Shown in pieces: positions 24,189 through 35,787 of a DNA stretch of 64,000 nt. Under the pieces are notes generated by a model that ran no database searches, was not told the DNA's origin, and saw only the letters and a program-made list of their open reading frames with translations. The translations under genes were made by a program, and so were the position numbers. Position 1 is the stretch's first letter. Every line of letters begins with the position of its first letter. The DNA is from an uncultured bacterium (GTDB lineage Bacteria > Margulisbacteria > WOR-1 > CAVSGV01), in contig CAVYHE010000003.1 in assembly GCA_963768305.1 (NCBI GenBank), positions 1-64,000 of the forward strand. Reading direction: 5' to 3'.

Positions 24189-25924
24189 CCCGTAAAAATA
24201 TGGAGAATAATAAAGTGCGAAAATTAATATTGACCGTTTTTTGTGCTGCCTTACTCTTCTCTGCTTGTTATGCGGACAGGGTTGGAACAGTGTTAACGGT
24301 CGGCGCGACCGTGGGGATCTTCACTAATCCGATCTGCAGCGCCTGGGAAGATGAGATATGCGGCGGCGCGCATATTGCCACGGATGAAGCCGAAATGAAC
24401 GCCATTATTTCACAGCGCAGGGCGGAAGGCATGACCTGTTTTGTGCTATCCGATGCCAAAGAGTACAGGTTGTTGCTTTCAGGCCATGGCGGGGCCAGCG
24501 GTGATATAATGGATCCAGCTAACTGGATAGAGGTGACCGGAGAGGCCGGCGGCGGGCTGTGGAGTGCCGGCGCGGGCTATGCTGTTTATAATACTAATTA
24601 CATCTCCGGCGAAGTCGGGATAGGGACGACGGAGCCGACGGCCTCACTTGAAGTCTGGGGACAGTTCAGGTTCCACACCGATGTTTTACCGTCAACGGGC
24701 GAGGTCCTGACCGCTTTGGACACTACCGGATTGGCAAGTTGGGAGCCGGCGGTAGGAGCTGAGGGGCCGACCGGGCCAACAGGTCCGTCGGGCGGGCCTC
24801 AGGGCGATACCGGAGTTGCGGGTCCGCAGGGAGCTACCGGTCCAGCCGGCGGGGGCTCAACAGGCCCGATAAATGCGACAGGCGTGGATTATACCAATGG
24901 CGGTTTGACTTATCCAAATGTCGGGGATGCTTTGGACTATCTCCTGGGGCAATTCCATCATGATCCTTCCATAACAGCATTTAATTACACTCAGATCATT
25001 GAGGAAACCGGGGATTCCACCGTTCCGGATATGACTTTGAACTGGTCAATATCCCTCGGGGCAGGTCCTACCGATACCATTACAGGCGTGTCGCTGTCTC
25101 CGGGCGGGGCGCAGGGTACTGGAACGACAGGGTCTTACACTACTGCCACTCCAGGCACGCCATATACTTTAACAGTGAATTTTACGCACTACACAACTCC
25201 GGAGACTTCTGGACCCATTACTCCGGTAGTAACTCATTACCTGAAAAAATACTGGGGTTGTACCAGTATGGAGTCGACCGATCCCGGTTTTGATGCCGAG
25301 GTCAATACGTGGGGGACCACGTCCGGAGAGTGGGGCTGGGCTTCAGGTACTTCGCCCTATTTAGTCCATATGTATTCACCGGTCAATCAATATATGTATT
25401 ATGTTTATCCGACATCCATGAATACAGTGAGCCAAATTTTGAATGGCGCGAGCCCTGTTAACGATTGGACAGTGGTAACTGTGACGCATTCTAACTATTT
25501 CGGCGATCCAGAGCAATATTATGTGTACAAGAATCCCGCTAAATTGGATGGCGTATATACTATGACTTTCAACTAGTAAAAATATGGAGAATAATAAAAT
25601 GCGAAAATTAATATTGACCGTTTTTTGTGCTGCCTTACTCTTCTCTGCTTGTTACGCGGACAGGGTTGGGACAGTGTTAACGAACGGCGTGACCGTAGTG
25701 AAATTCACGAATCCGATCTGCAGCGCCTGGGAAGATGAGATATGCGGCGGCGCGCATGTTGCCGCGGATGAAACCGAAATGAACGCCATTCTTCAATCGC
25801 GCAGGACGGAAGGAATGACCTGTTTTGTGCTATCAGATGCCAAGCTGTACAGGTTATTGCTTTCAGGCCATGGCGGCACCAGCGGTGATATAATGGATCC
25901 TGCTAACTGGATCGAGGTGACTGG
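23415..25924 (+). repeat. Approximately 1.1-kb direct duplication (23415-24540 vs 24818-25924)
   Basis: 3' half of gene 2 plus 5' part of gene 3 is repeated as 3' half of gene 3 plus 5' part of gene 4. Confidence 0.85.
24200..25576 (+). CDS. Secreted fibre/surface protein 3 (chimeric paralog)
   Basis: N-terminus nearly identical to gene 4, C-terminus nearly identical to gene 2; collagen-like linker. Confidence 0.78.
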   Translation: MENNKVRKLILTVFCAALLFSACYADRVGTVLTVGATVGIFTNPICSAWEDEICGGAHIATDEAEMNAIISQRRAEGMTCFVLSDAKEYRLLLSGHGGASGDIMDPANWIEVTGEAGGGLWSAGAGYAVYNTNYISGEVGIGTTEPTASLEVWGQFRFHTDVLPSTGEVLTALDTTGLASWEPAVGAEGPTGPTGPSGGPQGDTGVAGPQGATGPAGGGSTGPINATGVDYTNGGLTYPNVGDALDYLLGQFHHDPSITAFNYTQIIEETGDSTVPDMTLNWSISLGAGPTDTITGVSLSPGGAQGTGTTGSYTTATPGTPYTLTVNFTHYTTPETSGPITPVVTHYLKKYWGCTSMESTDPGFDAEVNTWGTTSGEWGWASGTSPYLVHMYSPVNQYMYYVYPTSMNTVSQILNGASPVNDWTVVTVTHSNYFGDPEQYYVYKNPAKLDGVYTMTFN

Positions 25925-28900
25925 CGGCGGCGGTGGCGGCGGCGAAAGCTTATGGTCAACTGTGGAAGGCACATCCACTGATATTTATTACAATTCCGGC
26001 TTGGTCGGGATAGGGACGCCGACGCCAACTGCGGCCCTGCAGGTTGTCGGGAATGTAGAGATTGGATCCCAAGCTAATTCCGCAACAGGCCTATTTTCGA
26101 TCGCCCTGGGCGACAGCCAAACTGTCTCCGGAAATTGGTCAACCGCCATGGGCGAAGGCTCGAATATTTCTGCATATTATTCAACCGCAATGGGAGAGGG
26201 TAATCTAATCCCCAGCGGTGCGGATTATTCAACCGCCATGGGAAGGGAAACACAGAATCTACGGACGCAGTTCTGTCGCAATGGGAGAATGGACAACCGC
26301 CGAAGGTGATGGTTCATTAGCTATGGGAGAATATTCCGCGGCTAATAGTGATTATTCGATCGCATTGGGAGAGTATGCTCTAACCGACACGTTTGCGGAT
26401 TATTCAGTCGCCATGGGGTATGATACGCAGACCTATAATGCTTATTCGGTCGCAATGGGAGGATTTACAACCGCTGAAGGCTGGGCTTCGGTCGCTATGG
26501 GAGAAGGCTCATATGCCGGCGGATGGTGGTCAACCGCCTTAGGGTTTGATTCAACAGCCAACGGAACGTATTCAGTCGCAATGGGAGAAGGGACAACCGC
26601 CGAAGCTGACAATTCTGTTGCAATTGGCAGTTACAATGTAAGTTATGGAGCGGCCAACAATCCTATAGATAGCGATTCGATATTCATGATCGGCAACGGT
26701 ACGTATTTAGCCTCCTCCGACGCCTTTACCGTGTACAGGAATGGCTCAGTTGAAGCCGCCGGCGCGATCAAAGCCGCCGATTTCCTTTATCCGGACGGAA
26801 CTCCTATCATCCTCGGGGCTGGGCTGTGGAGTCCCGGAATGGGCCATGATATTCATAATACTAATTACAGCGACGGTAAGGTAGGAATCGGGACGCCGGA
26901 GCCGACGGCGACACTGGTAGTTGTCGGGTCTACGGAAATGGGATACAGTGGCAATACCGCGTCAGGCGCTGGTTCAGTAGCCATGGGTTATCAGACATCT
27001 GCTGCCGGAACGACATCAGTAGCTATGGGAGCGTATACACATGCTGATGAGTCTGATACAGTTGCTATGGGAGAGTATACAAAAGCTGAAGGACATGTTT
27101 CGGTTACCATGGGGTATAGCACAGAAGCTGACGCGTATGGTTCGCTTGTAATAGGGCGGTATAATGTGTTGTCCGGCAGCTCGGTTGGCTGGATCGACTC
27201 TGATCCGGTGTTCGTTATCGGGAATGGCAGTATTGAGGGCCGTTCGAATGCTTTAACTGTTCTCAAAAACGGCGAAGTCGGGATAGGGACGCCGGAGCCG
27301 ACGGCGGCACTGCAGGTTATCGGCTCGGTGGAGATAGGAGACGATTTAAATACGGCATCCGGCAGCAATTCAGTTGCCATAGGAGAAAGCGCAACTGCCG
27401 GCGGAGTTGATTCCATCGCTGTGGGATTGCATTCAACAGCCGGCGGAAATTATTCAGTCGCCATGGGAGAATGGGCAACCGCCGAAGCTATCGATTCTTT
27501 TGCATTAGGCGGATACAATGTTAGTGCTGGAGAGGGCGGCCAGCCTCAACAGGTCGACCATCCTAATTCTACCGATTCGATATTCATGGTCGGCAACGGC
27601 TACCAGTATCAGGGCATCCACCCCCACAACGCCCTTACCGTATACAGGAATGGGGACATGACAGTGGCCGGCTCACTTGAAGTCGCCGGCACAATTGATG
27701 CCGCCGGTATAACTGTGAACGGCATGCCTGCCGCTCTTTGGTCTACTTCGCCGGCTAATACTGATAATATTTACAATATCAATCCCGGCTATGTCGGTAT
27801 AGGGACTCCGGAGCCGACGGCGGATCTTCAGGTTATCGGGGCGGTGGAGATGGGAGCCCCGTCTAATTCCGCGATCGGAGATTATTCAACCGCAATGGGA
27901 ATCGATACGACGGCCTTAGGAAAATATTCAGTCGCAATGGGAGATGGGTCGCATGCCGGCAGCACCCCCGGAAATTATTCTGCGTTCGCAGTGGGTATTG
28001 ACTCTAACGCTTACGGATATTGTGCAACTGCTATAGGAGAAAATGTCGAGGTTAATAATGATCATGCAACCGCAATCGGGAATCAAACCCTAACCACTGG
28101 CGAAGCGGATAATTCATTAGCAGCGGGATGGGGATCGGAGACCGACGGACGCAGTTCAGTCGCAATGGGAGAATTTACAACCGCCGAAGGCACAGCTTCG
28201 ATCGCCTTGGGAGGGGGTTCCGTGGCGAATAATGATTATTCAACCGCAATGGGAGCGGATTCAACAACCGATGGGGATTATTCATTCGCCGAAGGATGGG
28301 GATCGCATACCTACAATCTTGGTTCGATCGCTATGGGGCAAGACTCATCTGCCGGGGGAGAATGGTCAATCGCCATGGGATTGCATTCAACAGCCAACGG
28401 AATGAATTCAGTCGCCATAGGAGATTGGGCAACCGCCGAAGCTGATGGTTCTTTTGCGGTAGGCGAGTTCAATTCCAGTTCCGGAGAGGCCGGCAATCCT
28501 CAACCTGACGATTCAATTTTCATGGTCGGCAACAGCAACGGTTATCAGGGCCACCGTTCCAATGCCCTTACCGTGTACAGGAATGGGGACATGACAGTGG
28601 ACGGCACAATTGATGCCGTCGGCATAATTGAGCTGTTGGAAAGTGAATGGCATGTCGGTACCAGTCTTTGGTCGGCTTCGCCGACTAATTCTAATGATAT
28701 TTACAATATCAATTCCGGCAATGTCGGGATAGGGACGCAGGAGCCGACGGCGACCCTTCAGGTTGTCGGGGCGGTGGAGATGGGAGCCGCTTCAAATGAA
28801 GCAATAGGCTCGAATTCAATCGCAATGGGAAGCGGTTCAACGGCCAATGGGTTAGGTGCAGTCGCAATGGGAGTCAACTCATCTGCTTCAGGAGTGGGTG

Positions 28901-30035
28901 CAATCGCAATGGGATCTTCGGCATCCGCCAATGGAAATGTTACAATTGCCATGGGAAGTCACACATCAGCTAATGGCTATCATACAACCGCCATGGGAGA
29001 AGACACTTATGCTACAGGGGAATCTTCGACCGCAATGGGAACTCATACGTCAGCTTATCAAGTTGGTTCGACCGCCATGGGATATGGCACACAGGCCAGT
29101 AGGGGTTGATTCAATTGCCGCGGGAGCCCGAAGCATCGCTGATGGGCAAGTATCATTCTCAATGGGACAAGATACACATGCTATGGGAAATTATTCAACC
29201 GCCATGGGACTTTACACAAGCGCCGAACCCTCTTGCTCGTTTGTAATAGGGGAATGTAATGATGCGGGTCGTACATCTGATAATAGCTTATTCGTTGTCG
29301 GGAACGGGACGGCGGGCACGTCCATATCCCCTCAGTGTGTTTTCTGACGCCTTTGTAGTTTACAGGAACGGGAATGCGTCGGTGGCAGGGGATATGGATG
29401 TTGCAGGCAATGTCGGCATCGGGACGTCCACGCCTGATGCTAGTTTGCAAGTTTTGGGAAAAACGGCATTTGGAAGAAGTTCCAACCAGCCTGTGGGAAG
29501 TTATTCAACCGCTATGGGAAGTGGTACAATCGCGCACGGTGATTGGTCTGTCTCCATGGGAACTAATACAAATGCCTATGGAAATGTTTCCGCTGCAATG
29601 GGAGAGAGCACGGTTGCGACCGGATACGCTTCAGTTGCAATGGGATATTACACAACTGCTGAAGCCTTCGGTTCGTTGGTAATAGGAGCATTTAATGTGC
29701 CGTACGGTGATCCGGACGGCTGGGTTTGGGGTGATCCTTTGTTCATTATCGGGAACGGAACTCCTGCTCAAGGTTCAAATGCCTTTGTTGTTGACTCTTG
29801 GGGCGATATGATTGTAAGCCAAGATGCTAATATTGGCCGAGATGCTGATATTGGCCGAAATGTGATCGTATCAGGCGAGGTGAATGCGCAGATTGTGAAT
29901 ATAAATGATTTCTTGACGCTAAACCCAACCACCGAGCCCGCTAGCCCGGCACCAGGAACGGTTTATTTTGACTCAGGCGATAATAAAATACATTATTTTA
30001 ATGGGGTGTGGTGGAAGACATTAGCGACAGAGTGA
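25584..30035 (+). CDS. Large adhesin-like fibre with YadA-head (Hep_Hag)-type repeats (frameshifts near 26255, 29100 and 29335)
   Basis: Many 14-residue S(T/V)AMG..T.A.G repeats, repeated VGIGTPEPTA and F.IGNG...AFTVYRNG modules; no C-terminal barrel anchor. Confidence 0.8.
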
Positions 30036-30133
30036 TCGATTTTACTTGATATCCTCTTAAAAATATCATAAAATATCCCCGTAAGAGAAGTAACTGGATT
30101 CTCGACTCTATAATAACAAGACAAGGCCAAATA

Positions 30134-31004
30134 ATGAAAAAAGATATTTTCTTGATATTTTTGATTTTTATTTTATTTCCATGCGCCTTTGCGTTCTTGT
30201 TTTTTCCTTTTCACTTCGCTTACGCCGCCGTCAGCACGGATTACGCTATAACTCCGGAAGTATTCGACCTTGGCGGGAACTGACACGGCTTCGGTAAGCT
30301 ATCTGTTATCGAGTAAATTGAGGGAAACATACAGGGACATGAGGACCAGCGGATCCTACTCTTTGGAGGACAGGTTCTTTGGGATGGTGGCTACGAGCAC
30401 TTTTGAACCTCATGTTCTGTCCATAACGCCTAATTGGGGATATAATAATGTCACTTGCGAAGTAGTGATCAGGGGAATGAATATCTCTTCTGACGCGACC
30501 GCAAGTCTGGAAAGTGCCGCATACCCCAATATTAACGGCGCAAATGTGACCGTGGATGCTTCCGGGACCAGCCTGGAATGCGGTTTTGACCTGAATAACG
30601 CGCCTATCGGCAAGCGGGATGTCGTTGTGACGAATACGGGGTGGAATAAGACCGGGAAGCTTGTCAACGGATTTGAAGTCCGGTCTCCCGGCCTGGCGAT
30701 ACACGGGCTGCACAACTATCCTAATCCTTTTGACCCGAACCATGAAGTAACTCATATTGAGTATACGCTGACCAGGTCCGCTACGCTTGTCTATTATCTT
30801 TTTAACCAGACAGGTGCGATAATATGGCATAGGACATTCCCTTCCGGGGATATCGGAGGAACGGTGGGGGAAAATCTGGTCACATGGGATGGCAGGACCG
30901 ATTTCGGTGAAGGGGCGCCGACAGGCGTCTATGTCCTCATCATCAATGCGCACAGCAACGGCAAGGAACTGGGCAGGCTGAAAATGGCTGTCTTAAGGCA
31001 GTGA
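30134..31004 (+). CDS. Secreted Ig-domain protein with a FlgD-Ig/T9SS-CTD-like C-terminus (5' frameshift)
   Basis: NYPNPFDP...YTL...G.NLVTWDGRTDFGE..PTGVYVLII; hydrophobic N-terminus from ATG 30134. Confidence 0.7.
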
Positions 31005-31026
31005 TCACAAGGATAAGGAGAAATAT

Positions 31027-32835
31027 ATGAAAAGAATCTTGATCTTGATATGCGCGGTGATGGTCCTCCGATACTCGGCCAGCAGCGCCGTGGTCTACTT
31101 TGACGATCCTATTTCGGTCGGGATAGGCGCGCGCCCCTTGAGCATGGGAAAAGCGTTCGTCGCCCTCGCGGACGATCCGAACGCCATGTTCCTGAACCCC
31201 GCGGGCCTGGGCACCCAGAAAAACTGGGACATCACAAGCATGAATTCAAATTTTCTCAATGAATATCAATATTCGATGTTCTGCGGCGTGGACCCCACTC
31301 CGATAGGCGTAGTGGGGATAGGATACGTTTCATCCAGGATCGCGGACATCGATAAATATTCGGATCATGACTCATTCGAAGGCACGGCGGATTTCTATAA
31401 TGACGCGCTGGTGCTGTCTTACGGGAACTATGTAGGGGACATTGCCGCGAAATATGTTCCGTTCATAAAAGGCCGGCCCGACCTTTACGGCGGGGCAAGC
31501 CTGAAATTTTATTCATTGGGGTACAGCGGGAACGTGGAAGCGTCCGGTTCGGGATATAACCTGGACCTGGGCCTGAAGTATAATCAGGAAGACTGGCTGT
31601 CTTACGGGTTGAATTTCCAGAACGTGCTTGCAGGTTCAAAAATATCGGGCGACTTTGAACAGGAGGACATGCCTTTTCTCACAAAGATAGGCGTTCTTTT
31701 CAGGTGGCTTGAACATGACGTGAACGTTGCCCTGGATAAGGATATGTTCCTGGGCAGGGATAATGTCCCGTGGCCCATGCATTTCGGCGTTGAGTGGAAC
31801 CTGCACCCGAACCTCAGCCTCAGGGCCGGCGCGGACCAGGTGGCGAGTTCCGCTAACAACGGCAACCTTGTGAACAACACAACTTTCGGATTGGGCTTGA
31901 ATTATAAAGGAGTAAAGGTGGACCTCGCGTACGTTCAAAATTACGCGGAAACGAACTTGGCCTCAAATGTGATCTCTTTAAGCCTTTTCAGCCAGCCGGA
32001 ATTTTTTATGAATCAGCCTCCGCAGGCCAAACCCGCTCCCGCGCCTGTCGCGGCTCCAGCTCCTGTTACGCTCACCATAGTTCAGCGCGCGGAAGAACTC
32101 GCGAAGAAAGTAAAGTTCAGTCCCGCGGCCAATCTTGCGACCATTGCTCCAGAACAGTATTTCAGCGGGACCGCGGAATCCGGCGTCATAGATATTTCGC
32201 TGGCGGGGAAGAATCTGGCCTTAAATATCGGTACTTTTGAAGGTTCCGTTCCGCTCAAAATAGGCGAAAATGAGATCACTTTAAAGGTAAGAGATGCCGT
32301 CAGCACAGAAGCCATATTAATACGCAGGGTGATAAGGTTCTATGCTCCCAGCGATATCCCGAAGGATGAAGCCCTCAAAAAGCCGTTCGAATACCTGGCC
32401 GTTTGCACGAAGGTCCACAATTATTACGGGAAAGATTACGCCATGAAAAATCCTGTCACAAGGGAAATAGCGGCGATCATCCTGGCAAAAGCAAAAAAGC
32501 TTGACACAAGCAAGCCCTTAGCGAAAGTTTTTAAAGATGTTACAAAATACCGCTGGTCTGCCGGGTTCATTGGCGCGGTGGATTCTGCCGGGTTCATGGA
32601 GGGATATTCTGACGGCACTTTCAAACCAAGCCAGACTGTGACATTGAACGAGCTGACACAGGTCATGAAAAAAGCCTCGCCGGACATGGACAAGGTCTGG
32701 CTTGACCAATATCTTTCATCCAGGCCGAAAGATAACGCTACGATGGGCGATCTCATAGAAATGATCTATCAATCCGGGATGCTCGGCAGTGAGATCGATG
32801 GATTCAAGAAATATATCGGGCCCGTGACCCATTAA
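31027..32835 (+). CDS. PorV/PorQ(FadL)-like outer-membrane beta-barrel with C-terminal SLH domain
   Basis: GIGARPLSMGKAFVALADDPNAMFLNPAGL; barrel strands; FKDV...W...I....SAGFMEGYSDGTFKPSQTVT. Confidence 0.8.
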   Translation: MKRILILICAVMVLRYSASSAVVYFDDPISVGIGARPLSMGKAFVALADDPNAMFLNPAGLGTQKNWDITSMNSNFLNEYQYSMFCGVDPTPIGVVGIGYVSSRIADIDKYSDHDSFEGTADFYNDALVLSYGNYVGDIAAKYVPFIKGRPDLYGGASLKFYSLGYSGNVEASGSGYNLDLGLKYNQEDWLSYGLNFQNVLAGSKISGDFEQEDMPFLTKIGVLFRWLEHDVNVALDKDMFLGRDNVPWPMHFGVEWNLHPNLSLRAGADQVASSANNGNLVNNTTFGLGLNYKGVKVDLAYVQNYAETNLASNVISLSLFSQPEFFMNQPPQAKPAPAPVAAPAPVTLTIVQRAEELAKKVKFSPAANLATIAPEQYFSGTAESGVIDISLAGKNLALNIGTFEGSVPLKIGENEITLKVRDAVSTEAILIRRVIRFYAPSDIPKDEALKKPFEYLAVCTKVHNYYGKDYAMKNPVTREIAAIILAKAKKLDTSKPLAKVFKDVTKYRWSAGFIGAVDSAGFMEGYSDGTFKPSQTVTLNELTQVMKKASPDMDKVWLDQYLSSRPKDNATMGDLIEMIYQSGMLGSEIDGFKKYIGPVTH

Positions 32836-32855
32836 TATTTCGGGAGGTGTCTTAT

Positions 32856-33161
32856 ATGGTGAACTGGAATGACGTGAAAGGGAAGCTTTCTGATATTGGC
32901 GGGCAGGCGAAAAAAACTTTTTCGGCGGCGGCGGACAAGACGCAAAAGGGCGCGCGAGTTGCGTCGTTAAAAGTTAAGATGGTCATGGAAGAGAACAAGA
33001 TAAACAAGGCGATGGGCGAGCTGGGGAAAAAGGTCTTCGAACTTTTGGAAAAAGACGAGACAAATATCGCGAATAATTCCGGCGTGAAAGAGATATCCGG
33101 GGTCATAAAAGCTTCCAAGAGGTCCATCGAGAGCATCAAAGAAGAGATAAAGACTATTTAA
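32856..33161 (+). CDS. Small helical hypothetical protein
   Basis: Lys-rich coiled-coil ORF with SD GGAGG. Confidence 0.65.
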   Translation: MVNWNDVKGKLSDIGGQAKKTFSAAADKTQKGARVASLKVKMVMEENKINKAMGELGKKVFELLEKDETNIANNSGVKEISGVIKASKRSIESIKEEIKTI

Positions 33162-33471
33162 GCTCTATCACTTCCGGAGTGGCGCCTGAAAGGAACGGTT
33201 CCCAGGGATCAACGCGGCACCAGCCTTCGAATTCATATTTACCCAGGAACACGAGATCGTAATTAACTTTAAATCTGAACCATTTCTTGTCCTTGGAGAT
33301 GCCCGTGAATGCCACATCTATCGGGAAATTGAAAGCGGACTCGGATTCAAGAGAAGGTTGTTTTAAAAGTCCGGTAACTTTTATGTTCTCGGGATAATAT
33401 TCGAACTTTGCGGCTATGCATGCCGGAGCGGCGCTCATGAATATCAGCAGGGCTAATACGAGCTTTTTCAT
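33154..33471 (-). CDS. Secreted hypothetical protein
   Basis: Signal peptide MKKLVLALLIFMSAAPACIA. Confidence 0.65.
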   Translation of the reverse strand: MKKLVLALLIFMSAAPACIAAKFEYYPENIKVTGLLKQPSLESESAFNFPIDVAFTGISKDKKWFRFKVNYDLVFLGKYEFEGWCRVDPWEPFLSGATPEVIELK

Positions 33472-33489
33472 CAGGGATAATTATAGCAT

Positions 33490-34161
33490 ATGACGATCGC
33501 AGAAAATATCAGATCGGTAAGATCAAAGATCGAACTGGCCGCGAAGCGCGCGGGGCGGGACCCGTCCAGGATAAAGCTTATCGCGGTCACGAAGAATGTC
33601 CCGGCTGACAAGGTGATCGAAGCTGTAAAAGCCGGCATCACGGACATAGGCGAGAACAGGATACAGGAAGCGGAAAAGAAATTCGCGGCTATCAAGGATA
33701 TTCCGGCTACCCGCCACATGATAGGGCATCTTCAGACGAACAAAGTTAAAAAAGCGCTCGAAATGTTCTCGGTGATCCAGTCCGTTGACAGCCAGAGATT
33801 AGCCCGGGAAATATCGAACAGAACGGAAAAGGATATCGACATTTTTATCGAGGTCAATACATCAGGGGAAGAAAGTAAATTCGGCGTCAGCCCTGATAAA
33901 GCCGAAGAGCTTGCCGGATATATTGCGGGGCTGAAACACTTAAAATTAAAGGGCTTGATGACTATCGGCCCCCTCACCGGCGATGCTGACGCTGTCAGGA
34001 ACAGTTTCCGGACGCTAAAGCGGCTTTTTGATCGCATAAAAGGGTTGAATTTGACAGGCGTTGAGCTAGAATATCTGTCAATGGGAATGTCCCAGGACTT
34101 TGAGACAGCCATCGAAGAAGGTTCAAATCTGGTCAGGATCGGCCGGGCTATTTTCCAATAA
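33490..34161 (+). CDS. yggS: PLP homeostasis protein
   Basis: LIAVTKN, GENRIQE, HMIGHLQTNK, EVNTSGEESKFG, LSMGMSQD, VRIGRAIF. Confidence 0.95.
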   Translation: MTIAENIRSVRSKIELAAKRAGRDPSRIKLIAVTKNVPADKVIEAVKAGITDIGENRIQEAEKKFAAIKDIPATRHMIGHLQTNKVKKALEMFSVIQSVDSQRLAREISNRTEKDIDIFIEVNTSGEESKFGVSPDKAEELAGYIAGLKHLKLKGLMTIGPLTGDADAVRNSFRTLKRLFDRIKGLNLTGVELEYLSMGMSQDFETAIEEGSNLVRIGRAIFQ

Positions 34162-34178
34162 CAGAAGGAGTGATATGA

Positions 34179-34619
34179 ATGGTTGACGGTTTGTTCAAAA
34201 GAGCAAAAGCTTTCATAGGCTTGGAGGAAGTGGACGGCACTATTGAAGAGGTCACAAGGGAGGAAATGAACGTGGAAACAGTACTGCGCCCGAAAAAAGG
34301 CAAAAATTCCAATTCAGCGGAATATGAGATAGTGATCCATGAGCCAAAAGTTTATGAGGATTCCCTTAACATCTCCGGCCAGCTCAGGGCCGGCAGCCCG
34401 GTAGTGATAAACCTGAAGCATCTGGACCCCACCGAAGGGACCCGTCTTATAGATTTTGTCTGCGGGACGGCGTACGCGATAGACGGGCACATGATAAAGA
34501 TAGGGGAATCCATTTTCCTGTTCACGCCAAGCAACATAGTTATCTCCGACCTTGAAGAAAGAGGGAGCATAGAAGAAAGCGTCATTGCCGAAGAAAGATC
34601 GCTTTTTGGCAGAAGATAG
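34179..34619 (+). CDS. sepF: Cell division protein SepF
   Basis: VVINL...RLIDFVCGTAYAIDG...IFLFTP. Confidence 0.92.
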   Translation: MVDGLFKRAKAFIGLEEVDGTIEEVTREEMNVETVLRPKKGKNSNSAEYEIVIHEPKVYEDSLNISGQLRAGSPVVINLKHLDPTEGTRLIDFVCGTAYAIDGHMIKIGESIFLFTPSNIVISDLEERGSIEESVIAEERSLFGRR

Positions 34620-34626
34620 GGGTACC

Positions 34627-35443
34627 ATGAAGCTCGGGTTCATAGGAGCAGGCCGGATGGCCGAGGCTATCCTTAGAGGGCTTATCTCATCAAAAGAAAT
34701 TGCCCGCAATGAAGTCATGATTTCCGACAAAGATCCGGTCCGATTGAAGCAGATCGCCAAAAAATTCGGAGTGAAAGCCGCTCAAGATAATGCGGAAGCG
34801 GCGTCATCAAGTGATGTTCTCATTCTCGCGGTGAAACCGCAGACAATGCATGCGGCGCTTTCCGATATATGTTCAAAAATAAGACCGGATTGCCTTGTGA
34901 TATCCATCGCTGCCGGCATCACGCTTAAAAGCCTTGAAAAATATTTGCCGAAGTCCCCGGTCGTAAGGGTCATGCCGAACAATCCGTGCTTGATAGGCGA
35001 GGGGATATCGGCTATATGCGGAGGAAAGCGCGCCGGAGAAAAAGACCTGGAGTACAGCTGAAAAAATATTTTCTTCCGTCGGCGAAACGGTGAGAGTGGA
35101 TGAAAAGAACATGAATGCGGTGACCGCGCTTTCCGGAAGCGGGCCGGCGTTCGTTTATGAAACAGTGGACGCGCTTATCAACGGGGGCATGGATGCGGGA
35201 TTGAGCAAGGATATGGCCGCTAAACTTGCCCAAAAAACCGTCCTCGGCTCCATAAAAACCGTGATCGAGACCAGGAGAACGCCCGAAGAATTACAGGCAA
35301 TGGTCGCTTCTCCGGGAGGCACGACGGTTGCGGGCTTGAGAGTTCTGGATGAAGGAAAGTTCAAAGGTACGCTTATAAAAGCCGTGCTCAAGGCAAGTGC
35401 AAGGGCAAAAGAAATAAGCGAAGATTTCGAGAGGTCATTATGA
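34627..35443 (+). CDS. proC: Pyrroline-5-carboxylate reductase (frameshift near 35055)
   Basis: GFIGAGRMA, LAVKPQ, ISIAAG, RVMPN, TALSGSGPA, VASPGGTT. Confidence 0.93.
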
Positions 35444-35754
35444 GGAACATCTTTTTTATTTTGATCAATCTTGTTTTTGATATCGCTTATATCCTGATAG
35501 TTATCAGGGCTTTTCTGACATATCTGCCGCACAACAGGCAGCATTCGTTCATAAAGCCGATATACCAAGTGACAGAGCCGACATTATCCGTTATCAGAAA
35601 AGGGCTGCCGCCGGCGTGGATAGGCCTGGATGCTTCGCCTTTTATAGCGATCATTCTTCTATACCTGGTCCAGCAGGTATTGCTTAAATTATTAGTCGAT
35701 GATATAGAACAGGATGAGAGACGAGAGATCGGGACGGGAACCTCTTTAATATAA
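35440..35754 (+). CDS. yggT: YggT family membrane protein
   Basis: VTEP.L..IR...P...GLDASP motif in yggS-sepF-proC context. Confidence 0.85.
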   Translation: MRNIFFILINLVFDIAYILIVIRAFLTYLPHNRQHSFIKPIYQVTEPTLSVIRKGLPPAWIGLDASPFIAIILLYLVQQVLLKLLVDDIEQDERREIGTGTSLI

Positions 35755-35787
35755 CACCTAATCAGCCCCAAAGAGGAGTAATTCGAT

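Noticed and set aside
23415..25924. Diversity-generating retroelement TR/VR pair
   Set aside because: Differences are not adenine-specific, both copies are coding and about 1.1 kb long, and no reverse transcriptase is present
21787..30035. Prophage tail region
   Set aside because: The proteins carry Sec signal peptides; no integrase, terminase, capsid or portal genes nearby
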